Origin: Candidatus Limnocylindria bacterium
GTDB taxonomy: Bacteria; Patescibacteriota; Saccharimonadia; Saccharimonadales; JAGQNK01
DNA: 64,000 bases
Assembly (NCBI GenBank): GCA_035489815.1
Contig: DATHJH010000032.1
Coordinates: forward strand, 32,301-96,300
Direction of reading: 5' to 3'
Shown here: positions 33,601-43,349 of the stretch, in pieces
Layout of the letters: every line of letters starts with the position of its first letter
Position numbering within the stretch: the stretch's first letter is position 1
Translations under genes and position numbers: made by a program
Notes under the pieces: model-generated
What the model was told of the DNA's origin: nothing
What the model saw: only the letters and a program-made list of their open reading frames with translations
Database searches by the model: none

Positions 33601-34488
33601 ATGACAAAGCTGCTGGACCGTTTGCGTACCAAACCAAAAACTATAGAAAACGACGTGACGGTCATCATCCGCGGCGTAGGCGAACGGACCGAGGCCGCCT
33701 GCCTGGCGCTTGTGTCCCGGGAAATACCCCGCACCAACATCCACCTCATTCACGAAACGCCTTTTAGCGCCGCCCTTAAAAAATCCTACAAAATCGGTTT
33801 GGCGAAAGGCCGGAAGTGGACCATGGTGGTTGACGCAGATGTACTCATCCGCCCTGGTGCCATACTGGACCTCTATACCCGGGCAGAGAACGATCCGCAG
33901 TCGGTCTTTGTGCTGATTTCAGACATGTTAGACAACTTTTTTGGCGGCACCCGGGTAGGCGGCGTCAAACTGTACCGGACTAAGCTCCTTAAAAAAGCGC
34001 TCAAGCTAGCGCCCGACGTCAACGTCCGCCCCGAGGGCTTTGTGAATAAAACCATGCACAAAAACGGCTACTATGTAGACATTACCGGCATTTCCTGCGG
34101 TCTGCACGACTTTGAGCAGTTTTATGCCGACATCTTCCGCAAAGGTTTTGCCCACGGTAACAAGCATGCCTCGCTGGCCGATCTGCTGATTCCTTACTGG
34201 AAAAGGATGGCCAAAAAGGACAAGGACTTTGCGGTGCTGCTGGCCGGTTTTGAAACCGCCAAACACAAAGGCGGTGACCTAAAACTTGAAAAGGACGAAG
34301 TACTGGCAGAGTTCACCCAGTTCCTTACAACGTCCAAAACGCGGGAAAAGCCTGCTCTGAAAAAGAAGATCGATTTGAAGGACGTTACCGCTATAATGGA
34401 TACGTTCGTGCCGCCCAAAGAGTACACGGCGGTCATACGCGAAATAAATAAGTGGGGAAAGCCGGAAATACCTAAAGATGCCAAGTAA
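33601..34488 (+). CDS. hypothetical protein, possible GT-A-like glycosyltransferase
   Basis: About 295 aa from the ATG at 33601 (MTKLLDRL). VTVIIRGVGERTE ... MVVDADVLI (DxD-like). Confidence 0.4.
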   Translation: MTKLLDRLRTKPKTIENDVTVIIRGVGERTEAACLALVSREIPRTNIHLIHETPFSAALKKSYKIGLAKGRKWTMVVDADVLIRPGAILDLYTRAENDPQSVFVLISDMLDNFFGGTRVGGVKLYRTKLLKKALKLAPDVNVRPEGFVNKTMHKNGYYVDITGISCGLHDFEQFYADIFRKGFAHGNKHASLADLLIPYWKRMAKKDKDFAVLLAGFETAKHKGGDLKLEKDEVLAEFTQFLTTSKTREKPALKKKIDLKDVTAIMDTFVPPKEYTAVIREINKWGKPEIPKDAK

Positions 34489-35461
34489 AAAAACTACCCT
34501 TGCCCCATTCGCTCAGTTTACCTATAGGGGCAAAGCCCTCCAGGAAAAAGACGGCTCCTTAACAGACGGCAAAACTACCTTCCCCGTCAGGGACGGGATT
34601 CCCCGCTTTACCCCGGACCAGTCGTACTCTACCGGCAATTTCTCTAAACTGCGGGAAAACCACGCCACGCTGCAGCTGGACTCCATCAACGGCACCACAG
34701 ACCGGCTGAACACCATCCTCAACCGTACCCGCTGGCCCAGGGACTTTTTCAAGGGCAAGACGGTGCTGGAGTGCGGCTGCGGCGCCGGCCCGGATACTGA
34801 AATCCTGCTGGACCTCGGCGCCAAGGTGGTGTCCGTGGACATTGCCGGTGTAGACATTGCCAAGCGAAACTTGTCCAAACACCCCCGCGCCGACCACGTG
34901 CAATTTGTACAGGACAGTATTGCCAACCTCCACCTAAAGCCGCAGTCCTTTGACGTTGTGTTTTGCCATCGGGTCCTGCAGCACACGCCCGACCCGGCAG
35001 CGACCCTCAAACACATCCTGCAGTTTGTGAAAAAAGACGGCTACCTTTTTGTCCACTCCTACTCCAGCAGCCGGTTTCAGATGCGGCGCTGGAAGTACGC
35101 ACTCCTGCCATTCACCAACAAACTGCCGCCAGTTTTGCTGTATAAGATCATACAATTTTACGCCTGGCCAACATTTTACCTCACCAATTTTACGAACAAG
35201 ACTAAGCTCGGGGCCAGGTTTAATCACATCTTTGTGCCGTTTCTAAACTACCGGTCCAGCAAAAAATTCAGCCAAAAGTCCAACAAGTTCATTGTCGAAT
35301 ACGGCGTCCACGATACCTTCGACGCCCTCAGTCCACCCTACGACCAGCCGCTCACCCCGGAGCAGATGGAGAAGATAGCCCAGAAAGCACTAGGTGGCAC
35401 AGCCCGAAAGTTCGATGTCTATAAAGATACCGGCATGACACTGCTAAGGACGAAACTGTAA
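34478..35461 (+). CDS. SAM-dependent methyltransferase with N-terminal Trm112-like segment
   Basis: 327 aa. FPVRDGIPRF, VLECGCGAGPD motif I. Confidence 0.75.
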   Translation: MPSKKTTLAPFAQFTYRGKALQEKDGSLTDGKTTFPVRDGIPRFTPDQSYSTGNFSKLRENHATLQLDSINGTTDRLNTILNRTRWPRDFFKGKTVLECGCGAGPDTEILLDLGAKVVSVDIAGVDIAKRNLSKHPRADHVQFVQDSIANLHLKPQSFDVVFCHRVLQHTPDPAATLKHILQFVKKDGYLFVHSYSSSRFQMRRWKYALLPFTNKLPPVLLYKIIQFYAWPTFYLTNFTNKTKLGARFNHIFVPFLNYRSSKKFSQKSNKFIVEYGVHDTFDALSPPYDQPLTPEQMEKIAQKALGGTARKFDVYKDTGMTLLRTKL

Positions 35462-35462
35462 C

Positions 35463-37226
35463 ATGTGCGGTATCTTTGGCCACACACAACCCGGCAAGAA
35501 CCCGACCGCCTCACGGCGTGCTTTGAACACTTTAGCCCACCGCGGGCCAGACCAATGGAACGACTGGCAGGACAAGGAAGTGTATGTGGGCCACCGGCGG
35601 CTCAGCATTATCGATCTGTCTGAACATGGGCGGCAGCCTATGTCTGCCCAGGGCGTTGTTATAACGGTGAATGGGGAAATCTATAATTACAAAACCCTCA
35701 AAAAAGAACTGGGGAACAAGTACGCCTACCAAAGTGATTCTGACTCAGAAGTCCTCATCTACGGCTATCTGGAATGGGGCATGGACAAGCTTCTGGAAAA
35801 ATTAGAAGGTATGTATGCTTTTGTGCTGTACGACACCAGGCAGAGGAAACTCTTTTTGGGCCGGGACCGGGCGGGCATCAAACCCTTGTACTATTCGCAT
35901 AAGGGCGGCCAAATAGCCTGGGCCTCAGAGCTCAAAGCCCTTACCAGTTTCCATACCGAGGCAAAGCTGGAGGTTGACTCCACGGCCGTCTACGACTACC
36001 TGACCTACCGGTACATCCCCACCCCAAAAACGCTCTACAAGGACGTATACAAACTGCCGCCGGCGCAGTACCTGGAACTGGACCTGCACACGCACAAGCT
36101 CCAGAAAAAACAGTATTGGACACTCGGGCTTGTCAAAATCAACCCAACCCTGGACGAGGCCGCCGCCAAAGTCAGGGAACTGGTCGACCAAGCCGTCCAG
36201 GAACAGCTGATGAGCGACGTCCCAGTGGGCTTTTTCCTGAGCGGCGGCATGGACTCCAGCACCGTCGTAGGCATAGCCGCCCAGCACAGCAAACAGCTAA
36301 ACACCTACGCCATCGGTTTTGATATAAAAGAGCACGACGAAACCCACTTTGCCGAACTGGTAGCCAAAAAGTTTAAGACCAATCACCGGCGCAAGGTCGT
36401 GTCTGTGGGTGAGGTCAAAAAACTCTTCCCCAAAATCAAAGACTGGTACGACGAGCCTTTTGCTGACACCTCCACCTTCCCGGTTTACATAGTGTCCAAG
36501 CTCACCAAGCCCAGTTCAACAGTGGTGTTGACCGGCGACGGCGGAGACGAAGTCTTTGGCGGCTACAACTGGTACGCCGACTTCAAAAAAAATGCCCCTG
36601 GTTTTATCAAAGAGAACTACCCCGGCTCCCGACTAAAAAGAAAACTCACCCGGTCCCACCAGGCAACCATCACCAACCTGGAGTTCGCCTACTACACCAA
36701 ACTCATGGGCGGCCTGACCCGGGAAGAAAAGGCCGGCTACCGCAAACAATTCGGTATAGCTGACTCCTACGATGACTATTGGTATTTTAGAAAATTCTAC
36801 CGGCCAGAACTGCCCCTCTATACCCGCCTGCAATACCTGGACTTTCACACCTATCTGCATGACGACATCTTAACCAAAGTCGACCGGGCCAGCATGGCCG
36901 TAGCCCTGGAGTGCCGGGTACCACTGCTGTCCACCCCCCTCATCGAGTACCTGTTTTCTCTGCCGGAAAATATTCGCTATCACAACGGTGAGCTTAAGGG
37001 ACTTATGAAATACGCCTTCCACGACCTGCTGCCGGATGAAATCCTAAACCGCAAAAAAAAAGGCTTCAGCATCCCCACCGGCCGCTGGCAGCCAAACCTG
37101 ATGGAGCGGGACACCACCGTACCAGAGTTCATCCTCAAAAAGTTTTTCAATAATACCACGGGTCGGTCCAAAACGGCTGCCCCTTCACAGCACAAAAGGC
37201 TTCAGCATAGCCGGCGTAATTTTTGA
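35463..37226 (+). CDS. asnB: asparagine synthase (glutamine-hydrolysing) family amidotransferase (WbpS-like context)
   Basis: 587 aa. MCGIFG N-terminal nucleophile, PP-loop FLSGGMDSS. The last ~20 codons overlap hairpin element K. Confidence 0.85.
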   Translation: MCGIFGHTQPGKNPTASRRALNTLAHRGPDQWNDWQDKEVYVGHRRLSIIDLSEHGRQPMSAQGVVITVNGEIYNYKTLKKELGNKYAYQSDSDSEVLIYGYLEWGMDKLLEKLEGMYAFVLYDTRQRKLFLGRDRAGIKPLYYSHKGGQIAWASELKALTSFHTEAKLEVDSTAVYDYLTYRYIPTPKTLYKDVYKLPPAQYLELDLHTHKLQKKQYWTLGLVKINPTLDEAAAKVRELVDQAVQEQLMSDVPVGFFLSGGMDSSTVVGIAAQHSKQLNTYAIGFDIKEHDETHFAELVAKKFKTNHRRKVVSVGEVKKLFPKIKDWYDEPFADTSTFPVYIVSKLTKPSSTVVLTGDGGDEVFGGYNWYADFKKNAPGFIKENYPGSRLKRKLTRSHQATITNLEFAYYTKLMGGLTREEKAGYRKQFGIADSYDDYWYFRKFYRPELPLYTRLQYLDFHTYLHDDILTKVDRASMAVALECRVPLLSTPLIEYLFSLPENIRYHNGELKGLMKYAFHDLLPDEILNRKKKGFSIPTGRWQPNLMERDTTVPEFILKKFFNNTTGRSKTAAPSQHKRLQHSRRNF

Positions 37227-37291
37227 CCTCGTGGCCAAAATTACCCGCGCGAAGCGGTCTTCTGGGTGGGAAGGGGCAGCTGTTTTGGACC
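37165..37291. repeat. 127-nt hairpin element (K) straddling the asnB stop codon
   Basis: 22-nt arms at 37165-37186 and 37270-37291. 21/22 are WC pairs and one is G:T. Confidence 0.8.
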
Positions 37292-37333
37292 AGATACATA
37301 AACTTACCAATTACTATTAAGGAGCATGTGCAT

Positions 37334-38293
37334 ATGGAATCATCAACTATCTTAGTGACCGGCTGTGCCGGATTCATTGGCAGCAATTTTATAAAACAAT
37401 TCAAGGAAAAGTACCCAGACACCACAGTCATCGGCATGGACGATTTTTCTACCGGCCGTCGAAGCGTCCTGGACCCGGCTATCACCTTTTACGAAGGATC
37501 GATACTCGATGAAAAGCTGCTGGAAAAGATCTTCAGTACCCATAAACCAGCGTATATCTTTCATTTTGCCGCCCTGCCTCGCGTGTCCTACTCCGTCGAA
37601 CACCCCCGGTTAACCACCGAGGTAAACATCGTCGGGACCGTCGCCCTGTTAGAAGCCGCTCACAAACACGGCGCCAAACGCTTCATCTACTCATCGTCAT
37701 CAGCCCTCTACGGCGGCGCCAAAAAGCTCCCAACCAAGGAATCAGAAAACCCGCCCAGCCCCAAATCCCCGTATGCCGTGCAAAAGTACGTTGGCGAACC
37801 GTTTTGCAAAGTCTTTAGTGAACTTTTTAGCCTGGACACTGTTTGTCTGCGCTATTTTAATGTCTTTGGCCCGGGGCAATACGGCGACTCCCCTTACTCC
37901 ACGGTCATTTCCGCCTGGCTGGAGTCAGTTTACTTCCCGGACAAAAAGCAGGCCTTCATAGAAGGGGATGGTACACAGTCCCGCGACTTCTGCTACATAG
38001 ACAATGTCGTAGCCGCCAACATGCTGGCCATGGAATCAGACAAAGACTTCGGGGGTGAAGCTGTCAATGTCGCCCACGGCGAACAAACCACCGTCAACGA
38101 GGTAAAGACATTAATTGAAAAGTACACGGGCAAACAACTATCCTTGGAGCACCGCCCGCCACGCGTCGGTGATGTTGCCCATACCAATGCCGACGTCTCT
38201 ATGGCCAAAGAACTGTTGGGGTACGAACCAACCGTCCGGTTCGAAGAAGGTCTGCAGCGCACCATAGCCTGGTTTGAAACCCGCACCGAATAG
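37334..38293 (+). CDS. NAD-dependent nucleotide-sugar epimerase/dehydratase (SDR-extended)
   Basis: About 319 aa from the ATG at 37334, preceded by an AAGGAG RBS. VTGCAGFIGSNF, YAVQKYVGE (YxxxK). Confidence 0.85.
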   Translation: MESSTILVTGCAGFIGSNFIKQFKEKYPDTTVIGMDDFSTGRRSVLDPAITFYEGSILDEKLLEKIFSTHKPAYIFHFAALPRVSYSVEHPRLTTEVNIVGTVALLEAAHKHGAKRFIYSSSSALYGGAKKLPTKESENPPSPKSPYAVQKYVGEPFCKVFSELFSLDTVCLRYFNVFGPGQYGDSPYSTVISAWLESVYFPDKKQAFIEGDGTQSRDFCYIDNVVAANMLAMESDKDFGGEAVNVAHGEQTTVNEVKTLIEKYTGKQLSLEHRPPRVGDVAHTNADVSMAKELLGYEPTVRFEEGLQRTIAWFETRTE

Positions 38294-38300
38294 TGCTGTA

Positions 38301-39320
38301 ATGAATTCAATGAATTCACTAAAAACCTGTGTCGTTATACCCAACTGGAACGGTAGGGCTGAAATTGGGGCCTGTTTGGATTCTCTACTGAAGCAATCCT
38401 TAAACGCTACAATCATTGTCGTAGAAAACGGCTCGACGGATGGTTCGCTGGAGTTCATACGTCAAAACTACCATCAGGTGGACCTGGTAGTGAACCAGAA
38501 AAACCTGGGCTTTGCTGGCGGCGTTAACAGCGGTATTCGGCGGGCAAAGCAACTTGGAGCCGACTATGTGGCCCTCCTCAACAACGACGCCCTCGTGCAC
38601 AAGGACTGGCTCAAACACCTGGCTACCGCCCTGTACGAAGATGCCGAACTTAGTGCCGCCGCCAGTAAACTGCTGAGCGGCGATAAAAAGCACATCGACA
38701 GTACCGGTGATTTCTACACCACCTGGGGATTACCGTTCAACCGTCAACGCGGTGAACCAGCCTCTCGGGCCATCAGCCATGAGGGCTTGGTGTTTGGACC
38801 CTGCGCCGGGGCGGCACTGTACCGGATGGCAGCGTTGGACGACGTGGGATTATTTGATGAGGACTTTTTTGCCTATCACGAGGACGCCGACCTGCACTTC
38901 CGGCTGCAACTGGCCGGCTGGCAGACGCTGTACGTCCCCCAGGCCGAAGCCTACCACCAGACCGGCACCACCTCTGGCAAAATCAAAGGCTTTACCACCT
39001 ACCAGACATTCAAAAACTACCCCTTACTTTTCTGGAAAAACGTTCCCGCCCGCCTGCTGCCCGTCATGCTGCCGCGCTTTACATTGGTCTATCTGTTTAT
39101 CTACTGTAATTCACTGGTCAGCGGCCGGGGCTGGCCAGCTACCAAAGGCTTGTTGCGTATGCTCACCTTACTGCCAAAGAAATTACTGGAACGGAGGCAC
39201 ATCCAAAAGTCCCGGAAAGTTTCTATAGACTACATAAACTCCGTTCTGGTGCATGACTTACCGCCCAATGCCGCCAGGCTGCGCCGGTTTCGAGCGCTTT
39301 TTACCCGATCCCACCGCTAG
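38301..39320 (+). CDS. GT2 family glycosyltransferase (rhamnosyltransferase-like)
   Basis: CVVIPNWNG, VVENGSTD, LLNNDA. The start is taken as ATG 38301, after the epimerase stop. Confidence 0.8.
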   Translation: MNSMNSLKTCVVIPNWNGRAEIGACLDSLLKQSLNATIIVVENGSTDGSLEFIRQNYHQVDLVVNQKNLGFAGGVNSGIRRAKQLGADYVALLNNDALVHKDWLKHLATALYEDAELSAAASKLLSGDKKHIDSTGDFYTTWGLPFNRQRGEPASRAISHEGLVFGPCAGAALYRMAALDDVGLFDEDFFAYHEDADLHFRLQLAGWQTLYVPQAEAYHQTGTTSGKIKGFTTYQTFKNYPLLFWKNVPARLLPVMLPRFTLVYLFIYCNSLVSGRGWPATKGLLRMLTLLPKKLLERRHIQKSRKVSIDYINSVLVHDLPPNAARLRRFRALFTRSHR

Positions 39321-40574
39321 ACCGGCCAACCCCCACCAGCCAAAAGCCACGGCTTCGTTTGTCCATAAGTGCATGACCAGGCACATGACCGCATAAGCCG
39401 CTGCCGCACCCAGGAGGGTGATAGTCAAAGGCGACAGAACCTGCGTGACCAGACGCCTGATCACAAACAGCCATATGGCCACAAATACGGCCAGGCCCAC
39501 AACCCCCACTTCGTACGCAATCTGCACATAGTAGTTCTCCGTCAGCTGCTGATTACCCCTGTTTCGTATAGATACAATACCGGCGGTGCCCGGACCGTGC
39601 CCCAGCGGCTTGTCTACCACCCCCTGGACTCCTTCTTTTATAAAGCGCAGGTGGTATTCGTCCGAGTCCAGGGCAGCAGCCGCGTTTTTATCGTCTGCCT
39701 TGAGCACAATGCTGCGGAAACTCTGGGTGCCGCGAACACTATAGGCCGCAAAATAAAGCACCAAAAGACCCACGGCCAGTACCGGCCAGTACCACTTAAG
39801 TATATGTACTGTCTTTTGGCGATGGGACATGACCAGTACCATACCCAGGCCAACCGCCAACCCCAGCCATGCTCCCCGCGAAAAGCTCAAGTACAGCACA
39901 ATCAGGTGCAGGACTAACAGCCCGCATAGCAGCACCTTGTTCTTTTGTTTTTGGATCAGCTGGACCAGTAAAAGGATAGGGATTATGAGGTAGGCGCCAA
40001 ACGAATTCGGATCACGAAAGGTGGCAAAGATGCGGGGAAGGGCCGGATCTTCATTTATAAAAAAGTTGGGTTTTACTCCCAAAGCCTGACTATAGCCAAA
40101 GTGCTTTAGAATGTCTTTGGGCAAAAACCACTGTAGCAGGCCCAGTACACAAACAATGGTGCTTATGACCAGTACAAATTTTACGAGCTGTCTGTGGTCA
40201 GCGCGATACTTCAGCAGTAGTCCGCCGCCCACAGCAATCAAAAATATCCATATAAAGCGGTTGTTATAGGTGCTGGCCAGGGCCGCAGTGTCCAGCGGCG
40301 TATCTTTATTTACCAGATACAGCACAACGTGCAGGGCCGCATAGAGCGCCGCCAAAACCAGCAACACAATGTAGTTCTGCCATTCCCGGCGTTGGACCTT
40401 CAGCAGCACCAGAACACCGGTCATGGCCAGCAGCCCGATAGTTACCAGGTCTTTGCCGATCTTCCAGCCTTCCAGCCCGCCCAGCGACGTTCCCAGCCAT
40501 TGGGACACAAAAATATGAAACGGCATATAGGCCAGCAAAGCATAAACCCCGTATGCAGGTAGTCGTCTGATCAT
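39258..40574 (-). CDS. O-antigen ligase/polymerase family membrane protein (Wzy_C-like)
   Basis: About 438 aa with at least 10 TM helices and the motif LSFSRGAWLGLAVGL. The maximal ORF reaches 40652. ATG 40574 (MIRRLPAYG) is preferred. Confidence 0.7.
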   Translation of the reverse strand: MIRRLPAYGVYALLAYMPFHIFVSQWLGTSLGGLEGWKIGKDLVTIGLLAMTGVLVLLKVQRREWQNYIVLLVLAALYAALHVVLYLVNKDTPLDTAALASTYNNRFIWIFLIAVGGGLLLKYRADHRQLVKFVLVISTIVCVLGLLQWFLPKDILKHFGYSQALGVKPNFFINEDPALPRIFATFRDPNSFGAYLIIPILLLVQLIQKQKNKVLLCGLLVLHLIVLYLSFSRGAWLGLAVGLGMVLVMSHRQKTVHILKWYWPVLAVGLLVLYFAAYSVRGTQSFRSIVLKADDKNAAAALDSDEYHLRFIKEGVQGVVDKPLGHGPGTAGIVSIRNRGNQQLTENYYVQIAYEVGVVGLAVFVAIWLFVIRRLVTQVLSPLTITLLGAAAAYAVMCLVMHLWTNEAVAFGWWGLAGLAVGSGKKRSKPAQPGGIGR

Positions 40575-40596
40575 TTCCACCGTATAATTGTAACCT

Positions 40597-41703
40597 ATGG
40601 AGCACCCCCAAAAACACATCGTCATCGACGCCCGCATCCGTCGCTCCAGCACCGGCCGCTACGTCGACCGTTTAGTAGAGCATTTGCAGAAAAACGACAG
40701 CCATACTCGCTACACCGTGCTGGTTGAGCCGGACGACCCCTGGCAACCCAGTGCCGGGAACTTCACCCGCGCAACGTCACCCTATCCGCAGTTTTCCTTC
40801 AACCCGCTGCACCAGTTGGGCTTTGCCTGGCAGCTCTACAAGCTTGGTGCCGATATCGTGCACTTTCCCATGAACCAGCAGCCGCTTTTGTACTTCAAGC
40901 CGGTCGTTACGTCCTGCATGGACCTGACGATGCTGCGTTTCACACGGCCGGGCAGGGCAACCCTGCCTGTCTTTTGGCTGAGGATGGCGGGTTATCGGTT
41001 TTTGTTTTGGTACTCCTTGCGCAAGTCCAAAGCCATCATCACCATAAGCCAGTTTGTAAAACAGGATGTCGAGAACCACTACCCCTTCGCCACAGGCCGT
41101 ATTACTGTCACCTATTGCGCCAGCGAGCCTCCGCTGGGGGGCAAAGCACTTGCTCCTCCCGGTGTCAATCAACCCTTCATCATGCATGTCGGCAGTCCCT
41201 TTCCACACAAAAACATCGAGCGGCTTATAGAGGCTTTTGCCATCCTGAAAAAGTCTCACCCCAAACTTCAGCTCGTCCTGGTAGGCAAGAAAGAGTATCA
41301 TTTTACCCAGTTAGAAGAACAGGCTCAGGCCAATCCCTTTGTCCGTGACATCATCTTTACCGGCTTCGTGTCAGAGGAAGAGCTCAAGTGGCTCTACCAA
41401 AACGCCGAGGCCTATGTGCTGCCCTCTCTCAGCGAAGGCTTTGGCCTGCCAGGGCTAGAAGCCATGGTGCACGGATGCCCCGTCGTCAGCAGCAATGCCA
41501 CCTGCCTGCCCGAAGTCTACGGTAATGCCGCCCACTATTTTGACCCCAAAAGTACAGAAGACATCGCCCAAAAAACGGACGAGGTCCTTGCTAATATCTC
41601 CTTGCGCAAAACTCTTATCAAAGAAGGGTATGTCCGGCTCAAGAAATATTCCTGGCAGCGCATGGCCGAACAAACCTTAGAAATCTACAGGGGTACGCTG
41701 TAG
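40597..41703 (+). CDS. GT4 (GT-B) glycosyltransferase
   Basis: 368 aa. SLSEGFGLPGLEAMVHGCPVVSS. Confidence 0.85.
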   Translation: MEHPQKHIVIDARIRRSSTGRYVDRLVEHLQKNDSHTRYTVLVEPDDPWQPSAGNFTRATSPYPQFSFNPLHQLGFAWQLYKLGADIVHFPMNQQPLLYFKPVVTSCMDLTMLRFTRPGRATLPVFWLRMAGYRFLFWYSLRKSKAIITISQFVKQDVENHYPFATGRITVTYCASEPPLGGKALAPPGVNQPFIMHVGSPFPHKNIERLIEAFAILKKSHPKLQLVLVGKKEYHFTQLEEQAQANPFVRDIIFTGFVSEEELKWLYQNAEAYVLPSLSEGFGLPGLEAMVHGCPVVSSNATCLPEVYGNAAHYFDPKSTEDIAQKTDEVLANISLRKTLIKEGYVRLKKYSWQRMAEQTLEIYRGTL

Positions 41704-41720
41704 TCACCCTTCATAATCTA

Positions 41721-42716
41721 TCAGGCCGCCTTCGGTTCCGGTTGCTGCCCTTGTCCCCAGTAATTTCGAATACCATTGCCAATATCTTGATAAGCAATCT
41801 GCAGGCCACGCTCTGATGTATCGCCAATGGCCCGGGCAACACTCGAAAGAGGTGTCTCAACAACAACCCGCTTAACTTTCCCAGCCTCTTTCACTACCCC
41901 CAGCATATATCCAATATCGCCCGCATAGTTTCCGTTCAGGGCGCCGCGTAGCTCTGTCATACTCGCTTCACTACGGCCCTGGTCCAACCTGCCAACCGAA
42001 AGATGCACTTCAGGACTATATGGTGCCAGGTAGGGCACAGACGCTTCGATATTACTTATGACTTGCGGTCCAATAGTAGACGGATGATGTACCCATCCGG
42101 TGTCCAAGGCGTAGCCATTATACCCTCGAACGATACGCATTTTGTGATCAAATTCCCCCAGAGTAGACGCACCGACTCTGCGGGCTTCTTTGTCGTGCGG
42201 CTGAATCAGCGCTTTGTCCGGTTGGGCAGCCGCAATCTGCTTATTATCAAGTTGGGGGTTGGCGTGGGGGTAAAAAACCGCATCGCGCGTCCCGCTGCAT
42301 GCCAGTTCTTCTTGGGCCTTGCCAATGGCCCTGGCAGAACCCATAACCGTCGGCCCAAACACCACCCTGCCAACACCCGGGGTATTGATAGCCACTCGCG
42401 CAGCCCACGAACCCCTGTTAGACACTTCGCCGGGAACCCGATCCTGTCTTCTTGACCGGGGCGTATGCCGCCAGCCCTGATGCCACGAATTCACCACAAG
42501 CTCTCTGGCGTCGACCGCCCGCTTTATGGCACCTATGCCATGTCCAGGCACCATGTCGAAAATAGGCATCCACTGCACACCGTCAAACCCGGCTGCGGCT
42601 GCGAACTCACCAAGTCGCCCTGGGGTGTAGCGGAAAAGGTTGCCCAAGTTGGTGCGCGGGTCAGTGTCCAGAATGTTCTGGTTCGAAAAGACTACTTCTA
42701 GATTTTGATTCGGCAT
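41721..42716 (-). CDS. hypothetical protein
   Basis: 331-aa soluble ORF with no motif I can name. Confidence 0.5.
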   Translation of the reverse strand: MPNQNLEVVFSNQNILDTDPRTNLGNLFRYTPGRLGEFAAAAGFDGVQWMPIFDMVPGHGIGAIKRAVDARELVVNSWHQGWRHTPRSRRQDRVPGEVSNRGSWAARVAINTPGVGRVVFGPTVMGSARAIGKAQEELACSGTRDAVFYPHANPQLDNKQIAAAQPDKALIQPHDKEARRVGASTLGEFDHKMRIVRGYNGYALDTGWVHHPSTIGPQVISNIEASVPYLAPYSPEVHLSVGRLDQGRSEASMTELRGALNGNYAGDIGYMLGVVKEAGKVKRVVVETPLSSVARAIGDTSERGLQIAYQDIGNGIRNYWGQGQQPEPKAA

Positions 42717-42772
42717 TATTTAACGGTACTAACAAAAAAGTTCGTCGTCCGTAATAATTTTCACATCCAACC

Positions 42773-42853
42773 TATAGACATCACACTCTGTCCTGCCACC
42801 AGAGTTGCCTGAGGGCAGGCAAGTCGGGACAGGGTCAGGGTGTGATGTCTATA
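42773..42853. repeat. 81-nt nested hairpin element (L)
   Basis: Perfect 14-nt arms at 42773-42786 and 42840-42853. Inner pairings are CTGTCC/GGACAG and CTGCC/GGCAG. Confidence 0.75.
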
Positions 42854-42869
42854 AAGCCACCCTAAAAAG

Positions 42870-43349
42870 TTACGGTGCCGGTTTGAAAACAACGTGGCGG
42901 TCCGGACCTTCGCCCTCCGATTCGGTTTGCAGGCCGGCGTCAGTGGCCACCTTGTGTACCGTACGGCGATCGGTAGCGTTCATCGGCTTAAGGTGCAGAG
43001 GCTCGCCGGAGTCCTTGACAATAGCCACCCATTCCCCGGCCTGCTGAGCCAGGCGGTCGGCCCGGGATTTTTTATAATCAGCCACGTCAACATTTACCCG
43101 GCTGGCAGCATAGCCTTGATTCTTCAGGGCATTACTTGTCACAAACTGCAGGGCGCGCATGGTGTCGCCGCGCTGGCCGATCAGAAAGCCGTTCAGGTGC
43201 GTGCTGGGCACATGGAGTTCTATAACCTCGTTATCCTCAGTTGTAGCATAAATGTCGGTGTTCAGGCCAAAGAAAGACAGGATGTCTTCCAGATACTTCT
43301 TGGCATACTGAATAGCTGCTTCTATATCCATAGGCTTTGCGTCTGGCAT
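42870..43349 (-). CDS. jag: Jag/KhpB RNA-binding protein (KH + R3H domains)
   Basis: 159 aa. R3H region LKPMNATDRRTVHKVA. Conserved position downstream of yidC, with the start overlapping the yidC stop. Confidence 0.8.
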   Translation of the reverse strand: MPDAKPMDIEAAIQYAKKYLEDILSFFGLNTDIYATTEDNEVIELHVPSTHLNGFLIGQRGDTMRALQFVTSNALKNQGYAASRVNVDVADYKKSRADRLAQQAGEWVAIVKDSGEPLHLKPMNATDRRTVHKVATDAGLQTESEGEGPDRHVVFKPAP

